DNA of 59,633 nucleotides from IMG/VR virus record IMGVR_UViG_3300006169_000036, positions 1 through 59,633 of that record; one strand, 5' to 3'. Each line of letters opens with the position of its first letter. Position 1 is the first letter of the stretch. The position numbers and the translations under genes are program-made. Under the pieces are notes generated by a model, which was given only the letters and a program-made list of their open reading frames with translations, searched no databases and had not been told where the DNA came from. The DNA comes from a virus (taxonomy: Duplodnaviria; Caudoviricetes). Positions 28,312-38,493 of the stretch are shown here, one piece after another.

Positions 28312-29160
28312 ATGAGTACCGAAGACCGCGTGATCAGGACCCTGCGCAACGCCGGGTTCACTGTGCTGACCAGAAAGCAGTGGGGCTCCAAGTTCCTCGC
28401 TGGCTACCAGACGCGCCGCGTGACCAGGCGCTTCGTCGGACCCGCCGACTACGCTTTCGCCCACATCTCCGTCACCGTCGCCGGAAACGACCCGAAGGCC
28501 GCGGCCCGCACCATCGAGCAGATCGGCCTGGAGCGCTTCGGCACCGGCTGGTCCTACAACTGGGGCCTGCATCTGCCCAGCAAGACGATCCTCGTCGGGC
28601 AGCCGATGGACGCCGCCGGGGCCCACACCCTGAACGACAAGAACGTCGCCGGGTTCCCCGAGAACCTGAACTACTGGGGCCACGCCATCGCCTGGATCGG
28701 CAACGTCGGCGACCAGTGGACCCAGTGGGCCGAGAACGCCGCCGCCGCCATCCTGGCCGCGGAGAGGAGGCACGGCGCCATGAAGCGCCCCCAGCAGATG
28801 TTCCCGCACAGCAAGTTCGCCTGGAAGGACTGCCCCACCGACCCCTACCGGAACGCCATCCCGCGGATCGTGGAGAAGTCCCGCAGCATCCACCTGGGGC
28901 TCACCCAGGACGAGCAGGCGCAGCGCGAGCAGGAGCGCGCGGAGCGCCGCCGGGAGCGGAAGCGTGTGCGGCGCCAGGAGCGCCGGGAGGCCGAGCTCTT
29001 CCGGCTGCGCCAGGCCGCCAAGGGCGGCGAGGGGGTCACCCGCGTGGAGGAGGCGAGGGCCGACCTCGAGCTCGCCCGCCGCACGGCGAAGCGCAAGGAC
29101 AAGGTCGACCTTGCCCAGCGGATCCAGCGAGCGCTGGATGCTCTCAAACCATCGAAGTGA
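28312..29160 (+). CDS. Endolysin, N-acetylmuramoyl-L-alanine amidase (amidase_2/PGRP-like)
   Basis: TRKQWG, HISVT, SYNW, GAHT, HS...KDCP zinc-amidase motifs. Confidence 0.85.
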   Translation: MSTEDRVIRTLRNAGFTVLTRKQWGSKFLAGYQTRRVTRRFVGPADYAFAHISVTVAGNDPKAAARTIEQIGLERFGTGWSYNWGLHLPSKTILVGQPMDAAGAHTLNDKNVAGFPENLNYWGHAIAWIGNVGDQWTQWAENAAAAILAAERRHGAMKRPQQMFPHSKFAWKDCPTDPYRNAIPRIVEKSRSIHLGLTQDEQAQREQERAERRRERKRVRRQERREAELFRLRQAAKGGEGVTRVEEARADLELARRTAKRKDKVDLAQRIQRALDALKPSK

Positions 29161-29167
29161 GGTACGC

Positions 29168-29374
29168 ATGAACAACCTGAAGGCCTACCTGGCCGCCCTC
29201 GCGGCCGGTCTGTCGGTCATGCTGGGCGACCTGCGCGGCGCCGACGACGCGCTGACCCTGAAGGACTGGGTCATCGTCGTCCTGGCGGCGGCGGTCGCGG
29301 GGGTCGGGGCCTACCTGATCCCGCCGACCAGCAACCCGCGCCTGCGGACCCCGAAGGTCCGGCGACGCGCCTGA
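29168..29374 (+). CDS. Holin-like small membrane protein
   Basis: Two TM segments and a basic tail; GAGG RBS; follows the endolysin. Confidence 0.75.
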   Translation: MNNLKAYLAALAAGLSVMLGDLRGADDALTLKDWVIVVLAAAVAGVGAYLIPPTSNPRLRTPKVRRRA

Positions 29375-29543
29375 AGTTCCTCCCGACAAGGAACGGCGAG
29401 AGCCCCCGGCAGCGTGGCCGGGGGCTCCGTCGTGTGCGGTACCCTTGCCTGGTACGTCGTGCCGGTGCGAGGAGGTGTCCGTATCTCCCTGGAGCCCCGC
29501 CCGGCTGCGCGTCCGGCGGGGCTCCAGCGGCTCCAGGAGCCTC

Positions 29544-30242
29544 TCAGAACTGCCAGGCCGGGTCCTGCGTCCAGTCAGCCTCTGCTGGCTCGTCCTGTGG
29601 CGATTCTGGGGCGCGTGGGAGGGCTCTGATCTGGATGCCGCGGCGCTGAACCTCGGGTAGCCCGGCCGGACGCGGCTCACCGGCCCTCATGCGCCGCAGG
29701 GGCGGCTTCTCCAGGTACTCCACGATCCGCCTGGCCATGTCCAGGCTCGTGATGTTGCCCAGGATCGCGTGGTTGCAGCCGCGGTCGTTGTCGGCGCACA
29801 GCAGCCCGCGCACCTCGCCGGTGTCGTGGTCGTGGTCGACGGCCAGCCGACGCGTCCTCGGCACTCGGCGGCAGATGTAACACCGACCACCCTGCCACTG
29901 CAGCAGGCTGTCATAGACGTCGGGCTCGATGCCGTACTCGCGCCGGATGTGGGCCGCATGCGCGGCGCGGCTCGAGCAGGCCTTGCACCGGCTCCCGGAG
30001 CAGTAGAACAGCGGGACGAAGCTCTGGCACCCCGCGCACCAGCGCTCCCCGGGCGGCCACTCCTCCTGCCGTACCCGGGCCAGGTGGACCGTCCCGGCCT
30101 CGGCCAGCCGGGCATCGGCCTTGGCGATCTGCCATGCGATGGGCTGGGACAGCGCGAAGTGCCAGAAGCAGCGCTGCTTGCCGCCCCACTTCGGGTAGTC
30201 GCAGCCAGGCTCCCGGCAGGGCTTAGGCGTCTTCGCGGTCAC
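29544..30242 (-). CDS. Endonuclease VII-like resolvase
   Basis: YGI...Y..L...QGG.C.IC...LAVDHDH.TG.VRGLLC...CN..LG; GTG start at 30242. Confidence 0.9.
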   Translation of the reverse strand: MTAKTPKPCREPGCDYPKWGGKQRCFWHFALSQPIAWQIAKADARLAEAGTVHLARVRQEEWPPGERWCAGCQSFVPLFYCSGSRCKACSSRAAHAAHIRREYGIEPDVYDSLLQWQGGRCYICRRVPRTRRLAVDHDHDTGEVRGLLCADNDRGCNHAILGNITSLDMARRIVEYLEKPPLRRMRAGEPRPAGLPEVQRRGIQIRALPRAPESPQDEPAEADWTQDPAWQF

Positions 30243-30651
30243 GAGTGTCGATGTCCTCGATCCAGGCCACCGCGACGGCGATGGACTCGACGAGTTCCTT
30301 GCGGAGGTCGGCCGTCGACCCGGCCGCGGCGGCCTCGAAGACCTCCTCCAGCCAGATGTCGATCCACACGCCGTCGGCGCCGCGCGCCGCGCGGGCGTCG
30401 TTGATCCGCTTGTAGATCTTCTCCTGGTTGGCGAAGTTCTGTCGCCGTCGCCGGTTCGTCGTGGGCAGCGAGTCCGGGGCGTCGATGTCGGGGTGCCGCT
30501 GCGGGCCCCACTTCGCGTCCTGCCGGGCGCGCTCGCGGACGACGTCGGCGAGGATGGCGTCGCGGCTGGCACGGCGACGGGCCTTGTCGAGGGCGACGTC
30601 GAAGTCGTCGGTGACGGCGATGGCATGGTACTGGGCTGGGCTCTGGGTCAT
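30223..30651 (-). CDS. MazG-like nucleotide pyrophosphohydrolase
   Basis: ER.RQD.KWG.Q, W..I..EEV.EA, ELV...AVAVAW. Confidence 0.75.
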   Translation of the reverse strand: MTQSPAQYHAIAVTDDFDVALDKARRRASRDAILADVVRERARQDAKWGPQRHPDIDAPDSLPTTNRRRRQNFANQEKIYKRINDARAARGADGVWIDIWLEEVFEAAAAGSTADLRKELVESIAVAVAWIEDIDTRDREDA

Positions 30652-30676
30652 GGTTGCCTCATCTCTGTCTGCGGGA

Positions 30677-30728
30677 TGACGAAAGCCCCGCCGCCTTGGT
30701 CCTCCCCAGGACAGTGGCGACGGGGCCC
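30677..30728 (-). terminator. Intrinsic terminator after SSB
   Basis: Long GC stem followed by TTTCGTC on the - strand. Confidence 0.65.
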
Positions 30729-30745
30729 TCGCGTTCAGGGAGCCG

Positions 30746-31357
30746 TCAGAACGGCGGCTCGTCGTTGGCCGCGGGCTGGCTGGCAGGGGCCGACTGAGGC
30801 GCCGCCCCCGTGCTCGAGCCACCGACGGCCCACGGGTCCTGGCCACCCTGGTCGCCCTGGAAGAAGTCCTCCTCCGGGGTCGGCGGGGTGTACCTGGCCT
30901 CGTAGATGGGCAGAGGGTTCGCCTTGCCCTGGTCCTGCTCGCCGGTCTGCTTCACCGCGAGGGTGCCGCCGGTCTCGAGCTTCTTCACGCCGGCAGCCTG
31001 CAGGGCCGCGCCGACGGCGTTGCGCATCTGGTACTTCACGTAGATCCGACGCTTCCCGTCGTCCTCGGACGGGGCCAGCGGCTGCTGGGTGTCCTTGTCC
31101 TTCGGGATGCTCTTCGGGGCCACGCCCTGCCAGTTGCGCAGGTCCGTCTGCAGGGTGACGTTGAGTTGCGGGATCGGCGAGCCGTCCGCGTACGTCTTCG
31201 GCTCGCGGGAGCCGGGCTCCGTCACGAACGTGGCGTACTGGTCGACGACCGTGCCCTTGACTCCGGTGTTCACCCCGTTGAACTTGAACGACGGGGCGCC
31301 CTTCTGGCCGACTCCGTCGAAGAAGTCGTCCACCGAGGGGGTGTTGGTCTGGGTCAT
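30746..31357 (-). CDS. ssDNA-binding protein (actinophage type)
   Basis: VTLQTD...DDG.RRIYVK motif; acidic flexible tail ending DEPPF. Confidence 0.75.
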   Translation of the reverse strand: MTQTNTPSVDDFFDGVGQKGAPSFKFNGVNTGVKGTVVDQYATFVTEPGSREPKTYADGSPIPQLNVTLQTDLRNWQGVAPKSIPKDKDTQQPLAPSEDDGKRRIYVKYQMRNAVGAALQAAGVKKLETGGTLAVKQTGEQDQGKANPLPIYEARYTPPTPEEDFFQGDQGGQDPWAVGGSSTGAAPQSAPASQPAANDEPPF

Positions 31358-31410
31358 GCAGGCCTCCTATGCCTGTTGTCCCGGCCCTCCGTTGGCCGGG
31401 TACAGAGAGA

Positions 31411-31439
31411 ACGTTACTCGGTCGTTAGCGACGACGCAA
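31411..31439 (-). promoter_or_regulatory. SigA-like promoter TTGCGT-N17-TAACGT
   Basis: Correct spacing in the gap upstream of SSB. Confidence 0.6.
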
Positions 31440-31440
31440 G

Positions 31441-32394
31441 TCAGACGCGCCGACCGTCGGTCAGCAGGTTCTGCTCGACGCCAGCGAGCAGAAGGCGCAC
31501 CTTGTCGTCGTCCCAGGTCGCCGCGTACTGGTAGAAGTCTTCGCCGTCGAACTTGATCTCCCAGCGGTCGGGGACGAGGTCGCGGCGCAGCACAGCCCGG
31601 CGCCCGGTGATCGCCCCGAAGGCCTCGACCCGGTCGCCCTGGCGGAACTCGTCGTCCTTGCGGAAGTCGCTGGGCCGCGGCAGATCGCCGCCGTTGTCGC
31701 AGGGCGTCTCGCTGTCCTTGCGGTCCAGGGACTCCTGCAGCGCCTCGCGGAACTTGGTGTTGATCGAGCGCAGCGCCTCGCGCAGCCTGTTCGTGGTCTC
31801 CTCGCTGACCACCGGCTGGGGCGGGTTGACGACGAAGTGCGCCAGGGGGCCGAGGGTCGCACCCTCCCCGAGAGCGGCGGCGACGTCGGTGTCGTACCAG
31901 TAGGCCAGCGGGGTGCCTTCGCCGTCGTCCGACTCCTGCTCCTGGTCCTGGCGGATCCGGTCCCGGCGCAGCAGGCGAGCCTCCCGGGCAGCGGTCGCGG
32001 GCTCGAGGCCCTGCTCCAGGTTGTCCAGGGACGCGATGTAGCCGAGGTCGTCCAGCGTGAGGGGAAGCTCACCGGCCTGGATGCGTTCGACGGTGGTCAG
32101 GAACGCCATGATGTTCCATGCCGCGGCGGCCGGGTGGTCCTCGTCGACCTCGAGCCGCAGGATGCGGTTGATGTGGCGCTTCGCGGAGTCGAGGTACCGC
32201 GACAGCGGCTGGCCCAACTCCCAGTTCCGGTCGCCGTACTTGACTGCGCCGTTCTGCAGATGGACCGCGAGGCGGTCCTCGAACTCCGGGGAGATCAGGT
32301 CGAAGCGACCCTTCCCCACGTTCGTGTCGCGGCGGCTGCCGGTGTCCCAGGTCTGCCGCTGCCCGGAGTCCTTCACGCTGTCGAACTTGGTCAT
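31441..32394 (-). CDS. dATP/dGTP diphosphohydrolase (DUF5664-like) with C-terminal extension
   Basis: TG..RD...GKGRFDLI, GA.KYG.RNWE.G, DSA.RH, EDH.AAA.WN. Confidence 0.85.
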   Translation of the reverse strand: MTKFDSVKDSGQRQTWDTGSRRDTNVGKGRFDLISPEFEDRLAVHLQNGAVKYGDRNWELGQPLSRYLDSAKRHINRILRLEVDEDHPAAAAWNIMAFLTTVERIQAGELPLTLDDLGYIASLDNLEQGLEPATAAREARLLRRDRIRQDQEQESDDGEGTPLAYWYDTDVAAALGEGATLGPLAHFVVNPPQPVVSEETTNRLREALRSINTKFREALQESLDRKDSETPCDNGGDLPRPSDFRKDDEFRQGDRVEAFGAITGRRAVLRRDLVPDRWEIKFDGEDFYQYAATWDDDKVRLLLAGVEQNLLTDGRRV

Positions 32395-32627
32395 GCTCCT
32401 CCTCCTACTTCGGCCAGGAAATGCTCCAGGCCCTTGTCGACGACGACGGGCAGGAGGTTGAAGAACTCCGCGGCCTCGTCGTGCAGGTTGTGTGCGTCGG
32501 TGACGGTCAGGTCCGCGGCGATCCGGCCGCGCTCGACGTGGATCTTCACCGTACCCTGTCCGTCGCTGTCGACCGTCACGGCGAACGGCGAGCCGTGGTC
32601 GACGCCGCCCTCGATCTCGCCGCTCAT
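32391..32627 (-). CDS. Hypothetical protein
   Basis: ATGA overlaps on both sides. Confidence 0.6.
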   Translation of the reverse strand: MSGEIEGGVDHGSPFAVTVDSDGQGTVKIHVERGRIAADLTVTDAHNLHDEAAEFFNLLPVVVDKGLEHFLAEVGGGA

Positions 32628-33238
32628 CGGACAGCCCCCGCCCGCAGCACGCGCCTCGCGAACTCGTCGAGACCGGACACCCTGCGGCGGTGGTCGGGGG
32701 GCTGGTTCCAGGGCCGGTCGACGAGGTAGGCGTTGACGCCTGCCTCCTCGACCTTGTCGTAGTTGCGGATGTGGTCGTCGATGAACACATCGAGCGCCAG
32801 GTCGACCGCGGCCTCGCCCTTGTCCTGGGTGAAGGTCAGCGAGTCGTAGGCGATGCCCAGGATGTCGAGCCAGATCTTCGTGTGCTCGCGGATCAGGTCG
32901 CCCTGCTGGAAGAAGCCCCGGGCGGTGACGAAGTGGATGCCGTGGCCACCCAGCCACAGCGCCCGGAGGGCGTCGAGCGCGCCGGGGCAGGCGCCCATCT
33001 CGAGCAGGTAGCCGTCGAGGAGGGCCTGGTTCAGGACGTCGTACCACTCCTGGTCGGTGCAGCCGTACTCCTCGTACGGGCGCCATGTCTTCGGGGTGAC
33101 GCCGTTGGTGATGCCAGCCTGCACGCAGCGCGCGTGGCTGTCGTCGTACCACTGGGCGACGACGTCGTCGATGTCGATGCCGACCTCGAACTTCCGCACC
33201 TGGCGGGGCGGGTCGGCCAGTACCTCGGTCACGGTCAT
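32624..33238 (-). CDS. HAD-family 5'(3')-deoxyribonucleotidase
   Basis: IDIDDV, VTAR, K, FIDD, RPWN motifs. Confidence 0.85.
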   Translation of the reverse strand: MTVTEVLADPPRQVRKFEVGIDIDDVVAQWYDDSHARCVQAGITNGVTPKTWRPYEEYGCTDQEWYDVLNQALLDGYLLEMGACPGALDALRALWLGGHGIHFVTARGFFQQGDLIREHTKIWLDILGIAYDSLTFTQDKGEAAVDLALDVFIDDHIRNYDKVEEAGVNAYLVDRPWNQPPDHRRRVSGLDEFARRVLRAGAVR

Positions 33239-33239
33239 G

Positions 33240-34286
33240 CTACCTCTTCTCGGTCAGGTAGGCCTTGCGGGCCTTCGCGATCTGGGTGTGCTCGTCAGTC
33301 CAGAGTGCCCTGTGATCCTGCCACAGTTGCTCAAGGCGCTCCGGGGTGGTCGCGCGTGCCAGGTGGTCGGCGATGATGCCGCGCACCTCGCGCGCGTCCT
33401 TCAGCATGCGCTGCGTCGCGTCCGCGGACAGGTCCCGGTCCTCGACGTAGTCGCGGGCGGCGGCGGCGACCTTGGCGCCCTGCCAGCCCTTCTCGATGTC
33501 GATCTCGACGAACCGGGTCCGGCCGCCCTTGATCATCGCGGCGATGGCGACGTCTTGCCGGACCCCTCCGACGCCTGGACCTAGTTGCGGGTCGAGGTCG
33601 TCGAGAGGCATGCGCTCGTGGGTCCTCGGGTTGTACACGTCGGCGTGGGCGTACACGGAGAACTGCACCCCGAACTCGTGCGGCTGCTCGTTGCCCGTCT
33701 TCTTGTCGAGGATGACGACACCGAGGCGGGGGAAGCGCACCAGGTGGTCGAAGGTGCCGGCAGACTGCACCTCGTCACAGGCGGTGAACACCTCGGTCTG
33801 CAGGATCTCGCCCCCCGCATCGACGATGGCCTGCTTGAACCCGACGACGTCGGGGCGCAGGCTTTCGGGGACGGGCTCGCGGTTCCCGGGCTCCGTGGCC
33901 GCATGGATGGCGGTGCCGCGGTCGGCTTTCTGGCTGATCTTGGCCCGGTCCAGGGCCCGCGCGATGATCGCATCCAGGCGCCTCCCGGAGGCCGACTTGT
34001 CGGAGCGCACGGGCTCATCGGAGCCGGTGTAGTACGTCTCGACGGCGGCGAGCTCTGCGAGGTCGGGGTTCTGGCCCATCGCCTTGCACAGGTAGCGCAT
34101 CTCCCAGCGATGCACGTACCGGTGGTCGCTGATGTAGTCCGCCAGCGAGGAGGCCCGGGTGTACGGCACCAGCGGGGCGCCCTCGGGAGCCCCGGCTGGG
34201 CGTATCTTCGGCAGGCCTCCGACGCGCTCGACCTCGTCATCGGGGTCGAGGTTGGCGAAGAACTCAGCGGCGGTGGGGACGGTCAC
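33240..34286 (-). CDS. PD-(D/E)XK exonuclease (Cas4/RecE-like)
   Basis: RGTAIH, AGTFD, ILDKKTG, Q...Y. Confidence 0.85.
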   Translation of the reverse strand: MTVPTAAEFFANLDPDDEVERVGGLPKIRPAGAPEGAPLVPYTRASSLADYISDHRYVHRWEMRYLCKAMGQNPDLAELAAVETYYTGSDEPVRSDKSASGRRLDAIIARALDRAKISQKADRGTAIHAATEPGNREPVPESLRPDVVGFKQAIVDAGGEILQTEVFTACDEVQSAGTFDHLVRFPRLGVVILDKKTGNEQPHEFGVQFSVYAHADVYNPRTHERMPLDDLDPQLGPGVGGVRQDVAIAAMIKGGRTRFVEIDIEKGWQGAKVAAAARDYVEDRDLSADATQRMLKDAREVRGIIADHLARATTPERLEQLWQDHRALWTDEHTQIAKARKAYLTEKR

Positions 34287-34560
34287 GAAGCGCCTCCTCG
34301 GCGATGGTCAACGGCACGTTGAACAGATCGTATGCCAGAGCACCGACGGCCCGTATGACGAAGATGCCGTCGGCGAGTCGCCGCCTCAGCATGGTGCGCC
34401 CAGCCACTGCGCCACCTGGAGAACGATACCCACCGTCGTGGCGCCGAGAAGGAAGGCGAAGGGGGCGCTCATCAGCCGCACCTGACGCCGAGGACCCACA
34501 GCAGCACGATGATGGCCAGGCCGACCCAGAGGGGCGCCGTGTCGGGGATGCGGGGGCCCA

Positions 34561-35262
34561 TCAGAACGGCACCGACTCGCCGGGCTCGTGCTTCTTGACC
34601 CAGGGCAGCCGGAGGTGGGTGGCGCGGCGGCGGATCGACGCACCCGCGTAGCCCGGTTCGAGCAGGCCGGACCAGGCGAACGCCTGCAGCAGCGCCTCGT
34701 ACTCGTCCCACCAGAGGATGGTGTCGATGTACAGGTGGCCGTGGCCGGGCGTGGAGGACGGGACCCAGGTGGCGTAGTCGGGCGTCTCGAACACCAGACC
34801 GCGCGGGGTCAGGGAGAACTGGCTGCCGACGCCCAGCACGTAGAGAGCATGAATCAGCGGGTGGAGGTCGATGCCGTCCCAGACGCCGCCCTGGACGAAG
34901 TCGAGACCGATGACGGTCGTGCCGCCGCCGCTGACCACCTGGCATGAGAAGTCCAGGTCCAAGGCGATGGTGTGCTGCCCGGTGCGCTGGACCGGCGGGT
35001 AGTCGTCGTCGATGACGACCAGGGCGCTGGAGAACGTGTTCGCGCCGCCGTCGAGGCCGACATGCACGTTGCGGGCGTTGGCCGCGCCGTCCTTCAGATC
35101 CTCGGTCTCTTCGTCGTCAAGCTCGTACGGGTCGTTCCCGAAGTTGACGACATGCAGCGCATGGTCGTACTGCGACAGGCTGTCCAGGATGGCCTGGCGC
35201 TCGCGCTCCTCGGGGGTGGGCTCGAAGATGCTCAACGGGTCGAAGATGCTCATCAGGGTCAT
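34561..35262 (-). CDS. Hypothetical protein (H...LDLD, PSSTPGHGHLYID)
   Basis: Coding-like ORF with overlapping neighbours. Confidence 0.7.
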   Translation of the reverse strand: MTLMSIFDPLSIFEPTPEERERQAILDSLSQYDHALHVVNFGNDPYELDDEETEDLKDGAANARNVHVGLDGGANTFSSALVVIDDDYPPVQRTGQHTIALDLDFSCQVVSGGGTTVIGLDFVQGGVWDGIDLHPLIHALYVLGVGSQFSLTPRGLVFETPDYATWVPSSTPGHGHLYIDTILWWDEYEALLQAFAWSGLLEPGYAGASIRRRATHLRLPWVKKHEPGESVPF

Positions 35263-36024
35263 CCCTTCAGTAGGCGGTCGATGCGGTCGCGCACGTCGCT
35301 TGCGTGCTCGCGTACGCGGATGTGGTTGGTCACGCCGTCGAGGTAGACGGCGCACTCGCCTTCGTGGTTGCCCTCACGCACGATGGCGACGATCTTGTCG
35401 GCCCGCAGGGTGATGCTGCCACCACCGGGGCGCTTCACGATGATCCAGGGGGTGCTCATCGGAACTTCGCCTCCCCGGCGCCCTTGATGCGGATGTCGTA
35501 GCCGTCGGCCTCGGACAACGAGAAGGGGTTCTCGTCCTCCTCGCGGTGGGGCTGGATCTCCACCTCGATGCGGGCGGCGTCGTCGCGCGGCGTGAAGTGG
35601 ACGGCATGCACATCGCCGTCGTCGTACGTCGCCAGCAGGGTCAGGCCGGTCATGCGGGGCTGCTCGCCCTCGGTGAACTCGACGACCTGCGGCTCACGCT
35701 TGCGCGAGCCGTGGCGCTTGTCGGTGATGCGGACCTGGTCGGCGCTCATGCTGGTACCTCGTATCTCATGACGACGGTGTCGGGTTCGAGGTGCGGGTCA
35801 CCGACGAGGGGCAACCCGAAGATGCTGGCCCGGCCGTCGTAGCCCGCGCCGGACTCGCGCAGGAGGTTGGCCCAGATGTCCATGGAGACATGGACGGTGA
35901 ACTCGGCCGGGTCAACGGCGATGCGCATCAGTTCTGTGCGCTGCTTGAACACCCGGTCGCAGACCGCGCGGGTGGCGGTGCCCTCCACCGAGGCGAGCCA
36001 GTGCGGCGGGAGGTGCATGGTCAC
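35259..36024 (-). CDS. Three small coupled hypothetical genes (35259-35459, 35456-35749, 35746-36024)
   Basis: 4-bp overlaps. Confidence 0.6.
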
Positions 36025-37205
36025 TGGACGACCTCCCCGTCCTCGATGCGGACCCCGACGCCGTCGCCGTCAGAGACGCGCTCGACCCAGACCTGGAAGT
36101 CCTGGTCGGTCGCCATCCGCTCGATGAGGGCCAGGTTGTCGCTGTCCAGCAGCGACCCGTCGGTGATGCGGATGACCCGGATGTTCGGGTTCAGGGCCAT
36201 CGCCATGGCGACGCTGACGCGCAGCCTCTCGGCCGCGGAGGCCTGCTTGAAGGGGATGCCGTTGTACAGCACGCCCTCCTCGTCGAACGACAGGCCCTCG
36301 ACCGGCAAGTGCAGGTTGGCCAGGGTGTCGTCGCGAGCCTTGTCGAGGTCGCTGATCTTCGCAGTGAGGGCGGCCGACTGGCGCTGCGCGGCCAGCAACT
36401 CGTCTTCGAGCTCCAGCCAGGTGCGCTTCGCGCGGACGGCCTTGTTGACCTCGTCGGCGCTGCGCATCCGGGCGGTCAGGTCATCGAGGTCGACAGCCGG
36501 GGGCAGGGCCTTGCCCTCCTGCACGATGGCGGCGTTCCGGTTCTGCAGGCGCTGGATCTCGGCCTGGTTCCGGTTGTACTCGTCCAGTAGCGAGTTGCGG
36601 CGCTGCGCGACGGCGTTGGCCTGGGTGATCTGCTGCGCCAGGTCGGCGACGTCGATCTCCTCGTCGGGCGTGCCATCGGGGACCGCGGTGATGCTGTCGA
36701 GTGCGCCCTTGGCGCGCTTGGCTTCCCGGTTCAGGTCGGTGCGCGCGTCGTAGGTCGCCTTGCGCTCCTCGGCGATGCGCTGCAGTTCCGCGGCGTCCTC
36801 GGGCACGAGGTCGATCAGCGTCTGGCGCTGCTTGCGCGGATCCATGGTGGCGAACGCCAGCGGGTCGAACGAGAGGGACCCGATAAGGTCGTCCAGCATG
36901 CGCTGCGGGGAGGGGAACTTGGCTCCCCCGGCCGCGGTGACCTCGAGACTGGTGCGCTCCCCCGACCACTTGCGCGTGACGACGACGTCACCGAGGTCCA
37001 GTCGGACCCGGGCCTTGCGCTCGCCTTCGCGGATAGGCCGGTCGACGGCGCCATCCTTGCCGGCGAGGGCTGCCCAGATCGCATCGAGCACGCTGCTCTT
37101 GCCCTGGGCGTTCTTGCCGGACACGATGACGGTGTTGCCGTCGGGGGTGATCTCGACAGCCTTGAGGCGCTTGAAGTTTTCGGCTTGCAGCGACACGATC
37201 CTCAT
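36021..37205 (-). CDS. SMC/Rad50-like ABC ATPase
   Basis: ENFK, Walker A GKNAQGKS, coiled coil, signature ASAAE, Walker B-like RITDGSLLD. Confidence 0.88.
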   Translation of the reverse strand: MRIVSLQAENFKRLKAVEITPDGNTVIVSGKNAQGKSSVLDAIWAALAGKDGAVDRPIREGERKARVRLDLGDVVVTRKWSGERTSLEVTAAGGAKFPSPQRMLDDLIGSLSFDPLAFATMDPRKQRQTLIDLVPEDAAELQRIAEERKATYDARTDLNREAKRAKGALDSITAVPDGTPDEEIDVADLAQQITQANAVAQRRNSLLDEYNRNQAEIQRLQNRNAAIVQEGKALPPAVDLDDLTARMRSADEVNKAVRAKRTWLELEDELLAAQRQSAALTAKISDLDKARDDTLANLHLPVEGLSFDEEGVLYNGIPFKQASAAERLRVSVAMAMALNPNIRVIRITDGSLLDSDNLALIERMATDQDFQVWVERVSDGDGVGVRIEDGEVVQ

Positions 37206-37931
37206 ACGGGTCCTCCCTGTGGCTTGTCGAAGGCCAGGTTCACGAGCCAGACTCCCCCGGCCCCCTGCCAGATCCGGGGCTTCGTCGCGATGCGCGGCAG
37301 GTCCGCGATGGCCCAGGCCGCGAACTCCAGGGCCTGGGCCCAGGTGTCGAAGTGGTAGGTGTACTTGGCGATGGTCATCGGTCGTACCTCACAACGAAGG
37401 CTCGGAAGGCTCTGGGCAGGTTGGCCTCGGCGTTGAGGCGTTCGAGGCGGCGCCGCGCAGCGGCGCGGGTCCAGTACCAACGCCATGCGACGAACTTGTG
37501 GCTGGAGCGCGGGCCGACGCCGATGGCCCAGCGCTGCCCCGGCAGGCGGCGGCGGCTCACTGGACCTCGTCGCCGTACTTGCGGTGCAGGGCCACGAGGA
37601 CGTTGTCGGCCATGACCGGGTTGTACCAGGGGCTGTCCGGTTCGGCCCGTAGCACGTTGATCTGCGCCTCGATGGTCCGCACGCGGACCCGCTCCGCGCG
37701 CTGGGCCCGGTTGTAGGCGCGCTGGCCCTTGCGCTGCCGGGCCTTGGCGTGGCGGCGCTCGAGCCGCTGCCAGCGGCGCACGTCGCGCAGGGCGACGGTC
37801 TTGCCCTCGGGCAGGTCGGTCACGAACTCGGGGTGTTCTCCGCGGGGGGCGGCCTCCGGCTGGGGGCCAAACGCCGCCGCGCTCGCGAACCGGCCAAGCG
37901 GGTTGCGGAACGGGATTCCGGTTCTGGTCAA
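37202..37931 (-). CDS. Three small hypothetical genes (37202-37378, 37375-37560, 37557-37931)
   Basis: 4-bp overlaps. Confidence 0.55.
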
Positions 37932-38022
37932 CAGTTCTCCTCGGTCGAAGGGCTGGTCAATGAGTCACTAACGATACAGGACGGGACCCCCAGGGCCAGC
38001 ACCGCGGCCCGCGTGTCGCCCC

Positions 38023-38493
38023 TCAGTGGTGGTGGGGGACGTAGCCGCGCCCGATGTCGGGGTCCTCGGTGCAGGCCTCGTGGGCGGCGCGGGCCTCGGA
38101 CATCGCCTTGATGTCGTTGGCCCAGATCCCGTGCATGAGGTACAGGTGGGCCTTCGCGTCGAGCAGGGCACCGGGCCCGGAGGTGCGGAACTCGCCCGCG
38201 TTCCAGACCTTCGCCCCGCGCTCCAGGGCGGCGACCTCGCGCGCCCCGAGCTTGTCGCGCAGGGTGGCCTCGGCCTCCTCCTGTGTCGGCACCACCAGGG
38301 TGACCGGGGTGTCGGGGGCACGCGGGGTCAGCAGATGCGCGTTGCCCTCTCGGTCCTCGATCTTGAAGTGGAAGTCCTTCTCGCGGGTGATCTTCCAGGT
38401 CTTGCCGTTCTTGTCCTTCAGGTAGGTGCCCACCCGAAGGTCGGCCCATCTTCCCTGCTGTGGGATCAACGTGTCCTCCTGGTCATCGGTCAC
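38023..38493 (-). CDS. Hypothetical protein
   Basis: Phage-like codon usage. Confidence 0.65.
   Translation of the reverse strand: MTDDQEDTLIPQQGRWADLRVGTYLKDKNGKTWKITREKDFHFKIEDREGNAHLLTPRAPDTPVTLVVPTQEEAEATLRDKLGAREVAALERGAKVWNAGEFRTSGPGALLDAKAHLYLMHGIWANDIKAMSEARAAHEACTEDPDIGRGYVPHHH

Noticed and set aside
30243-30626. N-terminal extensions of track ORFs 29544..30626 and 31441..32790 as domain fusions
   Set aside because: The extensions overlap real genes in other frames; better starts are at 30242 and 32394.
31441-32394. 2-aminoadenine (Z) genome pathway
   Set aside because: No PurZ or dedicated polymerase recognised.
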